Source: Octopus sinensis (lineage: Eukaryota). From it: DNA of 27,406 nt. The stretch lies in NCBI RefSeq assembly GCF_006345805.1, contig NW_021833344.1, positions 1 through 27,406 on the forward strand, read 5' to 3'. Each line of letters begins with the position of its first letter. Within the stretch, counting starts at the first letter, position 1. Shown here piece after piece: positions 1-9,922 of this stretch. Made by a program: the position numbers and the translations under genes. The notes below the pieces were generated by a model. That model was not told the origin of the DNA and ran no database searches. It was given only the letters and a program-made list of their open reading frames with translations.

Positions 1-178
1 AAATCTACAGCTCAGCAAGTTTCTTCCTCTTGCTCTTGTTAACGTCCCCAATGAAGTCCTCTCAGGGAACAGAGAGTTCTCACAGAGCCAGGGCTGGTGT
101 AATACCCATGGAGGCCCTAAGCACTTAAAAGATTTTGGTGCCCCCATATATTCAAAATATTAAAAAAATACACACAAG

Positions 179-810
179 TGGAGGTGCGTGGCTTAGTGGC
201 TTATCAAAGAAGCTTGAGAGGCAGTTGGATGGAACCTACGCTCGCCTCCTTATGAGAGCTCAAAATCTCTTGTGGAAGCGCCATCCAACCAAAATGCACA
301 TATATGGGAAACTACCACCTGTGTCATCTCTTGTGAAAGGTAGGAGAGTCCAGTTTGCTGGACATTGTTGTAGAGCTGAAAAAGAGGTAATTTCTACTCT
401 CCTCCTCTGGAAGACATCTATTCGCAATACCAGAGGGCGCACACTCTCCTATTCTGATGTAATCTCGAGGGATACAGGCATCCAGCAACAGGACCTCCGT
501 AATGCTATGATGGACCGTGAAGTCTGGCGTAACATAGTAAATTCCATTGTCTCGACCACGGTCGAACAATGATGAATGATGATAGTGGTTAGGGTATCAG
601 CATCGTGATCGTAAGAATGTGGTTTCGATTCCTGGACCGGGTGACACGTTGTGTTCTTGAGCAAAACACTTCATTTCACATTGCTCCAGTCCACTCAGCT
701 GGCAAAAATGAGTAACACTACAATGGACTGGCGTCCTGTCCAGCTGGGAGAACACATATGCCATAGAAACCAAGAAAATGGTCCCATGAGCCTGGCTAGG
801 CTTTAAAAGG
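179..810 (+). mobile_element. tRNA-derived SINE with CORE-like domain, split in its A box by an RTE fragment (179-199 + 583-810)
   Basis: Head TGGAGGTGCGTGGCTTAGTGG continues at 583 as TAGTGGTTAGGGTA. B-box-like GGTTTCGATTCC, CORE-like TGTGTTCTTGAGCAAAACACTT, and ATGGACTGGCGTCCTGTCCAG follow. Confidence 0.75.
200..582 (+). mobile_element. 5'-truncated RTE/RTE-X LINE 3' end
   Basis: Translation LSKKLERQLDGTYARLLMRAQN...RRVQFAGHC...MMDREVWRNIV is typical of an RTE ORF C-terminus. (GAT)-like tail; TAGTGG repeated at 194-199 and 583-588. Confidence 0.85.
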
Positions 811-844
811 GCACATTTATTATTATTTATGTATATATTTATAT

Positions 845-1080
845 GTGTGTTTTTGTGTCTGTGTTTGTCCGCCACCCCATCATCACCACTTGACAACTGG
901 TGTTGATGTGTTTATGTCCCCCATAACCTAGCAGTTCAGCAAAAGATACTGACAGAATAAGTACTAGGCTTTAAAAAACGTAAGTCCTGGAGTTGATTTC
1001 TTTGACTAAAACTCCTCAAGAGAGTGCTCCAGTATGGCCGCAGTCAAATGGCTGAAACAAGTAAAAGGATAAACAGAATA
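845..1080 (+). mobile_element. SINE family A, 3' half (diverged)
   Basis: Matches the 3' half of the full-length copies at 18079-18478 and 19588-19985; ends GCAGTCAAATGGCTGAAACAAGTAAAAG. Confidence 0.85.
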
Positions 1081-1224
1081 ACGAGCCATAAATTGAATTT
1101 TTATTTTCCAAAATGAAACAAAACAAACAACAATAAAATGGAAAATGATTTTCATTTTTGTAGACTTCCATTTTATTTTTACTTGAAAAGTTTTCTTACT
1201 TTTTAATTAATTGCCAAGTCTCTG

Positions 1225-1303
1225 ATCATCATCATCATCATCATCAATCATTAATCATCAATCATCATCATCATCATCATCATCATCAATCATCATCATC
1301 ATC

Positions 1304-1334
<31 letters not shown>

Positions 1335-1528
1335 CCATCATCAATCACCATCAATCATCATCAATCATCATCATCATCATCATTTAATGTCCATTGTCCA
1401 TGCTGGCATGGGTTGGACGGTTTGACCACACTGGCATGCTGGAAGGCTGCACCAGGCTTCAGTCTGATTTGGCATGGTTTTCTATGGCTGGATGCCCTTC
1501 CTCATGCCAACCACGCCAAGAGTGTAAT
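1225..1528 (-). mobile_element. RTE 3'-UTR fragment with expanded (GAT)n tail
   Basis: Reverse complement matches the 3' end of the LINE at ~24300-24466 (GGAAGGGCATCCAGC...ACCCATGCYAGCATGG...TTAAA(TGA)n). (CAT)n at 1225-1383. Confidence 0.85.
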
Positions 1529-1556
1529 TCGTGTTTTGTGTGTTGGGTGTGTATAA

Positions 1557-1935
1557 CTTATTTGTACTTGTGACGGCGTTCATCCAGGACGGGTTGAGCC
1601 GGCTTCTTCTCATAGAAGTTTCGTGGGAATATTGATTTCACAAGCGGCCCCTGACATCCCGCATGTATATCCCAAGTGATGGGACGCCCTGCTTGCCACG
1701 GAGTTTCCATAGACACAGGGACAGAATGACCTTGAAGCCACCGGTTGCCGATCAGACGCCTCTTGGAATTTTCACCAGAGCCCTGTTTGCCAGGCTGTGG
1801 CCCTAATACCGCTCAGAGCCAGACCAATCCACCTTGGGTGGCCCTACAAGGAACCGAATTCCTGATGGCATAGCTCTGATACTGCCTGTTTACACCACCC
1901 TACCGCTTTGAGGAGGGGGTTGGACTTTAGAGTAG
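1557..1935 (-). mobile_element. Bipartite RTE-derived non-autonomous retroposon (5'UTR-like part plus 3' tail)
   Basis: Perfect 12-bp direct repeat GGGTGTGTATAA at 1545-1556 and 1936-1947. Minus strand has GAGCTATGCC...GTAGGGCCACCCAAG (BovB/RTE 5'UTR motif) and ends CACAAGTACAAATAAG. Confidence 0.65.
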
Positions 1936-1997
1936 GGGTGTGTATAAGATGAAGACTGTTTACTGTAACAAATAAAATTTATTTAGAATAGATGGTA

Positions 1998-2563
1998 TTA
2001 GGTTGTCCGGAAAGTTTGTGCCAATTTATAGCAGCTTACCTTTTGACTTATTTTAGAACATGGTTGAGTCCATAAAATAGGATTTGACTACACCTCCATT
2101 TAGAACACAGTTTAAGCTATCTTTTTGTGGAAGAAGATTTATGTTCCTATAACCTGTGTTAATTCGGTAACCCTTTAAAATGTAAGATAAGAAAGTTCAT
2201 TTTCGGCACTTGATGCTTTGGGAACCAGACAAAAATTGCTGCAGCTCGGCTGGGATGTGTTACCCCACCCTCCATATTCACCAGATATTGCTCCTTCAAA
2301 TTTCCACTTATTCAGGTCTCTGCAGAATAGTCTTAAAGATAAAAGTTTCAATTCCGTGGATGAGGTAAAAAGATACCTTGATGAATTCTTTGCCATGAAA
2401 CCACCTCAATTCTGGGAAGAGGGTATTTTCAAGTTAAAAGGAAAGATGGAGATGCATTGTGCAACAAAATGTTTCATATTTGGTTGATTAAAATGTAATG
2501 GCGAATATTTATTGACCTTTTTCTTTCCTTTAAAAATCGGCATGAACTTTTCGGACAACCCAA
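1998..2563 (+). mobile_element. Internally deleted mariner (DD34D) transposon
   Basis: ~30-bp TIRs (TTAGGTTGTCCGGAAAG... / ...CTTTTCGGACAACCCAA) flanked by TA. N-terminal M*DKKVHFRHLMLWE at 2180 is fused to C-terminal LGWDVLPHPPYSPDIAPSNFHLFRSLQ. Confidence 0.92.
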
Positions 2564-2723
<160 letters not shown>

Positions 2724-2932
2724 GGGATATCTCAGAAACAGATGTCAGAGACTATCTTTATCATTTGTACTATTTTTATCATTCGTTATGGAGCTAAATT
2801 TTAGTTTGAATTAAATAAAATTAAATGTCCTTGTCTTGCTTTGCCTAATTGTTTGCCTTTCCTCACTATTTTAACCTATACCCACTGACTCAAAGGGAAG
2901 CCACTTTTAGCCTTTTTGAACAAGACAATCAC

Positions 2933-3036
2933 GCAACAACTTGGTTCATATTTGGTTGATTAAAAATGTAATGGCAAGTATTTAATGACCTTTTTATTTC
3001 CTTTAAAAATCGGCATGAACTTTCCGGACAACCCAA
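2933..3036 (+). mobile_element. Second, solo 3' end of the same mariner family
   Basis: Near-duplicate of 2461-2563 including the right TIR and a flanking TA. Confidence 0.9.
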
Positions 3037-3167
3037 TACAAACACAGCTTTTACATGATGTATGAAATCAGATATCCACATGTCTTGGATCCTTTTGAAT
3101 GACAAGTTGGAGTTAATTAACCGTGTGACAAAATTGTGAAGGTAACAGAAACGTGTGTGTAGTGTCG

Positions 3168-3528
3168 TGTGTTTGTTTGTTTGTTTGTGTGTTGAGCAAA
3201 GCGGTCTTCGTCCCTAGTGGGAGAAGTCCGAAACATGGTTCTTTGCTATTCATAAGACCCGCAGAAGAGAAAGCAGGTCAACCCCCGACACCGAGAGCAT
3301 CGACGGATGGATGAATGCGCATCCAGGCTCAGCAGTTGTGTAGGAAGTCGGGGACAAGAAACAGGAAGAAAGAGTGAGAGAAAGTTGGAGAGAAAGAGTA
3401 CAACAGAGCCTTGCGGAGCTTTGGGTGTTTTCACTCAATAAACACACACAACGCCCAGTCTGGGAATTGAAACCGCGATCCTCCGACCGTGAGTCTGCTG
3501 CCCTAACCACTGGGCCATTGCGCCTCCA
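3168..3528 (-). mobile_element. tRNA-derived SINE family B, full length
   Basis: Minus strand GGAGGCGCAATGGCCCAGTGGTTAGGGC (A box) ... GGTTTCAATTCC (B box); (AAAC)n tail at ~3168-3190. Confidence 0.8.
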
Positions 3529-3689
3529 CAAACAACAACTATAGCCACTAATAACTAACTACTATACTATACATTCAATAATGTAGTCCTAGATACACTA
3601 TGTTCGAATAATAGATGTGGTGGTCACAGCTGGAGCATCTTTGATAAAAAGATGCTCCAGAACTAAACTGGGACTGAACAACAACTATA

Positions 3690-3752
3690 ATCGAAACTGC
3701 AATCCTCCGACCGCGAGTCCGCTGCTCTAACCATTGGGCCATTGCGCCTCCA
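3690..3752 (-). mobile_element. SINE family B tRNA head only
   Basis: Near-copy of 3467-3529. Confidence 0.8.
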
Positions 3753-3980
3753 CTTAGTGTTGTGTGTGAGGTTTGGTCAGAAAATATATTCAGTTCACAG
3801 CTTGGATTTACTGTAACAAATTATAGCAGATGCCAGCAAAGTTGGTAACTTGACAGTTAATTTCCTTGTAGGCTGTGGCAACAGTATTAGTTGCTGAACA
3901 AGTTTCCATGATAAAGCAGGAGAATGACAATGGTCTGAATCTATTAAGCAGGCATCATTGTAGCAATGGTGATAAGAAGT

Positions 3981-4528
3981 CATGCCCAGGATATCAATCG
4001 TCTGGAAGCTGTTCAGCGACGTACAACCAAAAGAATACCCTCCATCAGGCATTTGCCATATCCTGAACGCCTTACTTCCCTGGGCATGAACACGTTGAAA
4101 CTCCGACGTCTGGCAGCTGACTTGGCAGACACCCATAAAATTATCAACCATCGCACAAACAATAACTCTGAGCACCTTTTCAAACTCCGCCCGTCTAACA
4201 CCTGTTGACATGTTTACAAAGTCAGAAAACAGCACAGCTCCCATGACTTCAGGAAACATTTTTTCACGCTGAGAGTTGCTGAAGCATGGAACAAACTGCC
4301 AGTATCAGTTGTTAGTTGTCGGAGCACTGCATCCTTCAAGACTTCCATGCTTCCTGAGATTCGCCAACACTACACTTGATTTTCTCCCCTCCATACACAC
4401 ACAAGCATGTATCTGACTCATACACTGTTCACTTCCCAGACATTTGTACATTACTGCATATACTCTGACAAGTTGTGGTGCACCTGAGCACTGTATAAAT
4501 AATTTCATTATTATTATTATTATTATTT
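3981..4528 (+). mobile_element. 5'-truncated CR1 LINE 3' end
   Basis: DINRLEAVQRRTTKRIP...YPERLTSLG...LRRLAADL...HFFTLRVAEAWNKLP (CR1 ORF2 C-terminus), then a 3'UTR and an (ATT)n tail. Confidence 0.92.
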
Positions 4529-4642
4529 AGGAAGACGTCATTAGAATGATGGTAACCGCATGTGTCTGTGGCCTTTGGTAGAAGAGAGGGTCATGCTTCT
4601 TGGTGGCCAAAATGGTGAGAATTCATCTACGAACCACGGACA

Positions 4643-4936
4643 TGTGAGAGGGTTTGGTAGGTGGAGACTGAAAGAAGCCTGTCGTATATATATGCATATA
4701 TACAGATATATGTATGTGTGTATATGTTTGTGCGTCTGTGTTTGTCCCCCCAACATCGCTTGACAACCGATGCTGGTGTGTTTACGTCCACGTAACTTAG
4801 CAGTTCGGCAAAAGAGTCCAATTGAATAAGTACTAGGCTTACAAAGAATATGTACTGGGGTTGATTTGCTCGACTAAAGGCGGTGCTCCAGCATGGCCGC
4901 AGTCAAATGACTGAAACAAGTAAGAGTAAAAGAGTA
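4643..4936 (+). mobile_element. SINE family A, 5'-truncated
   Basis: Matches family A from ACTGAAAGAAGCC through the central TA/TG tract to the GACTGAAACAAGTAAGAGTAAAAGAG tail. Confidence 0.9.
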
Positions 4937-4939
4937 TGT

Positions 4940-5005
4940 GAGAATTGAACTCACAACTCTGTGATCATGAACCAAACACCCTAACCATTAAGCCATGAGC
5001 CTTCA
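4940..5005 (-). mobile_element. tRNA-derived SINE head (similar to the 179/583 SINE)
   Basis: Minus strand TGGCTTAATGGTTAGGGTG...TGATC...GAGTTCAATTC, i.e. A and B boxes. Confidence 0.65.
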
Positions 5006-5169
5006 ATAAAACTGATGCAGAGCTTTGCTGAAAACTCATTCACTAAGCTTAGCATTGTCAGCAGATCAATATGGCCGCCTTTTGGGAAAAGATAGAATTT
5101 GAGTAAGCAAAACATTATTTGTACATCTATGAAAATAATTATTGTTTCTGTTTATATGGTAAACAAAAG

Positions 5170-6708
5170 TGGAGGATGACAAGGAATAAGTCGTGGGGTC
5201 GATTTGCTCGACTAAAGGCGGTGCTCCAGCATGGCCACAGTCAAATGACTGAACCTGGAGGATGATAAAGAATAAGTCGTGGGGTCGATTTGCTCGACTA
5301 AAGGCGGTGCTCCAGCATGGCCACAGTCAAATGACTGAACCTGGAGGATGACAAAGAATAAGTCGTGGGGTCGATTTGCTCGACTAAAGGCGGTGCTCCA
5401 GCATGGCCACAGTCAAATGACTGAACCTGGAGGATGATAAAGAATAAGTCGTGGGGTCGATTTGCTCGACTAAAGGTGGTGCTCCAGCATGGCCACAGTC
5501 AAATGACTGAACCTGGAGGATGACAAAGAATAAGTCATGCAGTCGATTTGCTCAACTAAAGGCGGTGCACCAGCATGGCCACAGTCAAATGACTGAACCT
5601 GGAGGATGACAAAGAATAAGTCCTGGGGTCGATTTGCTCGACTAAAGGTGGTGCTCCAGCATGGCCACAGTCAAATGACTGAACCTGGAGGATGACAAAG
5701 AATAAGTCGTGGGGTCGATTTGCTCGACTAAAGGTGGTGCTCCAGCATGGCCACAGTCAAATGACTGAACCTGGAGGATGACAAGGAATAAGTCATGGGG
5801 TGGATTTGCTCGACTAAAGGCGGTGCTCCAGCATGGCCACAGTCAAATGACTGAACCTGGAGGATGACAAAGAATAAGTCATGGGGTCGATTTGCTCGAC
5901 TAAAGGCGGTGCTCCAGCATGGCCACAGTCAAATGACTGAACCTGGAGGATGACAAAGAGTAAGTCCTGGGGTCGATTTGTTTGACTAAAGGCGGTGCTC
6001 CAGCATGGCCACAGTCAAATGACTGAACCTGGAGGATGACAAGGAATAAGTCATGGGGTGGATTTGCTCGACTAAAGGCGGTGCTCCAGCATGGCCACAG
6101 TCAAATGACTGAACCTGGAGGATGACAAAGAATAAGTCGTGGGGTCGATTTGCTCGACTAAAGGCGGTGCTCCAGCATGGCCACAGTCAAATGACTGAAC
6201 CTGGAGGATGACAAAGAATAAGTCGTGGGGTCGATTTGCTCAACTAAAGGCGGTGCTCCAGCATGGCCACAGTCAAATGACTGAACCTGGAGGATGACAA
6301 AGAATAAGTCGTGGGGTCGATTTGCTCGACTAAAGGCGGTGCTCCAGCATGACCACAGTCGACAAAGACTAAGTCCTGGGGTCGATTTGCTTGACTAAAG
6401 AAGGTGCTCCAGCATGGCCACAGTCAAATGACTGAACCTGGAGGATGACAAGGACTAAGTCCTGGGGTCGATTTGCTCGACTAAAAGCGGTGCTCCAGCA
6501 TGGCCACAGTCAAATGACTGAACCTGGAGGATGACAAAGACTAAGTCATGGGGTGGATTTGCTCGACTAAAGGTGGTGCCCCAGCATGGCCACAGTCAAA
6601 TGACTGAACCTGGAGGATGATGAAGAATAAGTCCTGGGGTCGATTTGCTCGACTAAAGGCGGTGCTCCAGCATGGCCACAGTCAAATGACTGAAACAAGT
6701 AAAAGAGA
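5170..6708 (+). repeat. Tandem array: 18 copies of an 86-bp unit (SINE A 3' tail plus CCTGGAGGATGAC linker)
   Basis: Unit starts at 5170, 5256, 5342 ... 6288 in 86-nt steps, one deleted unit at ~6361, then 6439, 6525, 6611. The last unit ends in the native SINE tail GAAACAAGTAAAAGAG. Confidence 0.97.
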
Positions 6709-7121
6709 CCAAATGTGCAAAAGAATTGTGGGATAGGAGATCAGAGCATCGGAAAGCATGCTGGTGAATTAATGCAATGCAGATATGAACACATGGGAAT
6801 GGGGAAAATAGAAAACGTACAAAAAAAGCAATGGAAAATGCGGAAAGACGACATACAAGCAATGTACAATATATATATTCAGTCCATGTAGAACTTGAAA
6901 TTAAGGCTTGCAAAGGAATGTGCAGAAAAATTATGCAGTTTGTTGCATAAGGAAAACAGTTCCAAAACAGCTGAAAATTCGATATGCAAATGATAGGGTG
7001 CGTAGCAAAAGGAATATGAAATAAAAAAAGGGGGCATAAAAATCAGTGCAAATGCACTTAGAAATACAGTGAGGTGGAAATGCATAGTTGACTATTAGTA
7101 GTCTTCCTAGCTGTGAAATAT

Positions 7122-8128
7122 TTCTTATTTCTTTATTACCCACAAGGGGCTAAACATAGAGGGGACAAACAAGGACAGACAAACGGATTAAATTGATTAT
7201 ATCGACCCCAGTGCGTAACTGGTACTTATTTAATCGACCCTGAAAGGATGAAAGGCAAAGTCGACCTCGGCGGAATTCGAACTCAGAACGTAGCAGCAGA
7301 CGAAATACCGCTAAGCATTTCACCCGGCGTGCTAACATTTCTTATTTCTTTACTACCCACAAGGGGCTAAACATAGAGGGGACAAACAAGGACAGACAAA
7401 CGGATTAAGTCAATTGCATTGACCCCAGTGTATAACTGGTACTTATTTAATCGACCCCGAAAGGATGAAAGGCAAAGTCGACCTCGGTGGAATTTGAACT
7501 CAGAACGTAACGGTAGACGAAATACTTATTTCTTTACTACCTACAAGGGGCTAAACATAGAGGGGACAAACAAGGACAGACAAAGGGATTAAGTCGATTA
7601 CACTGACCCCAGTGCGTAACTGGTACTTAATTTATCAACCCCGAAAGGATGAAAGGTAAAGTTGACCTCGGTGGAATTTGAACTCAGATCAGATTGGAGC
7701 CTGGTGCAGCCATCTGGTTCGCCAGACCTCAGTCAAATCGTCCAACCCATGCTAGCATGGAAAGCGGATGTTAAACCATGATGATGACAATGATGATGAT
7801 GATGAAAGTAAGGACAGATGAAATACCTCTAAGCATTTTGCCTGGTGGGCTAACATTTATTTCTTTATTGTCCATAAGAGGGTAAACATAGAGGGGACAA
7901 ACAAGAACAGGCAAAGGGATTAAGTAGATTACATCGACCCTAGTGCATAACTGGTACTTAATTTATTGACCCCGAAAGGATGAAAGGCAAAGATGACCTC
8001 GGTGGAATTTGAACTCAGAACATAAAGACAGATGAAATACCTCTAGGCATTTCACCCTGCGTGTTAACGTTTCTTATTTCTTTATTGCCCACAAGGACAG
8101 ACAAATGGATTAAGTCGATTACATTGAC
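7122..8128 (-). mobile_element. Head-to-tail cluster of about 5 copies of SINE family C (Meta-like central domain)
   Basis: Repeats of ...GAGTTCAAATTCC.CCGAGGTCGACTTTGCCTTTCATCCTTTCGGGGTCGA...AAGTACCAG...TAAAGAAATAAG on the minus strand; tails begin at about 7122, 7341, 7525, 7856 and 8071. Confidence 0.9.
7686..7804 (+). mobile_element. RTE 3' tail inserted in the third SINE C copy
   Basis: TCCAACCCATGCTAGCATGGAAAGCGGATGTTAAAC followed by (ATG)n; SINE C sequence resumes at 7805. Confidence 0.88.
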
Positions 8129-8859
8129 ACTTTTAGTGGAAGATAAATACTATAGTTTGCTATTAATATTATTGCTGTTGCAATTAATTATTTTTTTAAA
8201 TCCAAAAGACATATTTACAATACCAGTGCCTGAATACACACTGAAATTTCTATATATTGTTGGCATGAGATTCAGCTGTTATGTCACTGCTGGGCATCTG
8301 CCACTGAGGAACTCATAGCAGGGTAAAATCATGTGATTTTGCAGTTCCGGCAGATATGGTAAACGATTCTCGTCTATCTCTTATTATAAAAGGCAGATTT
8401 TATCTGCCTCCCTTTGTCAGTTATAGAAATCTACAATATAGGATTTCTTCAATTACAATTTACCTAGCATTTTTAAGAGTAGAATGCATCGGGTCATGCC
8501 AGGTCCAGTTTTTAAAATTTAAACTCCAATTAAGCAAAATTTACAGAAAACTCACATTCTGGTGTGTATGTCAAATGCTTTTCTTAATGTGGTTTACACC
8601 ACACGCACACGCACACACACAGTGTGCAACGAATAAAATGAAAGTAATTCACTGTGTGTGTGTTGACAGGTAGACAATAGAATGCGATGGCGATGGCAAT
8701 GGCGATGTAATATTTGTTTCTGTCTATCACGCTGATAGATACATGAGTAAAATGTATGGCAAGCTAAGAGATAAGAGTGAGTGAAATGTTCTTGGAAGAG
8801 AGTAAATAGCGAGAGTGATTTGAGGAAGACTTTACATTAAATAACCGTAGTGGCTTGTA

Positions 8860-9140
8860 TATATATATACATACATAAGACAGTAAGGTGTGATTTGAGG
8901 GAGATTTGGCTGCTATTTCTACCATGTATAGCTGCCATGTAGGGGTCTCCCTCATAGGCTCATACATACATATATACATAGATAAGACAGTAAGGTGTGA
9001 TTTGGGGGAAATTTGGCTGCTATTTCTACCAGGTCTAGCTACCATGTAGAGGTCCCCCTCATTGGCTCATATATATATACATACATAAGACAGTAAGGTG
9101 TGATTTGAGGGAGATTTGGCTGCTGTTTCTACCAGGTCTG
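8860..9140 (+). repeat. ~100-108-bp tandem repeat, about 2.7 copies
   Basis: TAAGACAGTAAGGTGTGATTTGRGGGARATTTGGCTGCT at about 8876, 8983 and 9086. Confidence 0.9.
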
Positions 9141-9204
9141 TTAGGCCTTCTCATGTAAACTCAAGCTTTCTCATGCCTTGAACATAAGACCAAAGCAGAG
9201 AATG

Positions 9205-9425
9205 TATTCTTTTATTCTTCTGCTTTTTCCAGCCATTGGTCTGTGGCCATGCTGGGGCAATGCCTTGAAGAATTGTACTTTAATGAATCACTCCAGTTTT
9301 ATTTTTGTAAGCATTGTACTTATTCTATCTGTTTCCTTTGTCAAACCACTAGGTGACAGGGATGTAAACAAACCAACATTCGTTGTCAAGCAGTGGTGGA
9401 GGACAATCACAAGCACAGACACGCA
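9205..9425 (-). mobile_element. Old SINE family A 3' half
   Basis: TGTGGCCATGCTGG...GTACTTATTCTATC...GTAAACAAACCAACATTCGTTGTCAAGC. Confidence 0.75.
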
Positions 9426-9507
9426 CACACACACACATACATGCATACACATATACACACATACATACATACATACATATATATATATATATGTGTGTAT
9501 ATATATA

Positions 9508-9766
9508 TTGCAGCGTAGAAGGTGTTTGTAAGCCATTTAAGAAACACACAAAAACCGTTAGATTCACTTCAACATTTAAATTTAATTTGCCAAAATATTT
9601 TCCTCGCTTTGAGACCGCGACCTGTTCACTGACAAAAATATCATGCTAACAGGTCGCGGTCTCAAAGCGACGAAAATATTTTGACAAATTAAATTTAAAT
9701 GTTGAAGTGAATCTAACGGTTTTTGTGTGTTTCTTAAATGGCTTATAAACACCTTCAACGCTGCAA
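9508..9766. mobile_element. ~120-bp-arm palindrome; Penelope-like inverted pseudo-LTR remnant
   Basis: Arms 9508-9627 and 9648-9766 are near-perfect reverse complements around a 20-nt spacer, with hammerhead-like folds next to the centre. Confidence 0.7.
9586..9636 (-). ncRNA. Minimal type-I hammerhead ribozyme-like fold with a G3:C8 core (damaged copy)
   Basis: UUUGUCA-GUGAACA-G-GUCGC-ggucucaaa-GCGAG-GAAA-AUAU-UU-UGGCAAA; the opposite arm supplies the perfect GCGAC and UGACAAA partners. Confidence 0.55.
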
Positions 9767-9922
9767 CTGTTTTCGTTCCAGCACACAATCTCAGATCAAG
9801 TCACTTGCTATGCAAGTACATCTCTGTAACTATATATATATTATATATATATATGTATATTGGTAAAAACAGTAAGATAACAAAAGAAAGAAAGAGACCT
9901 CAATATTATGTAAATAGAGGAA

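Noticed and set aside
135-572. 145-aa host gene
   Set aside because: Chimera of flank, SINE head and an RTE ORF C-terminus.
3455-3528. tRNA genes (also at ~18400-18478 and similar heads)
   Set aside because: A and B boxes continue into SINE bodies and tails; no complete cloverleaf.
5170-6708. CRISPR array
   Set aside because: Units are near-identical along their whole length with no unique spacers; they derive from a SINE tail, there are no cas genes, and the context is eukaryotic.
6710-7095. Possible decayed zinc-knuckle or LINE C-terminus (NCGIGDQSIGKH, CAKELW)
   Set aside because: Motifs fall in different frames with many stops and cannot be supported by eye.
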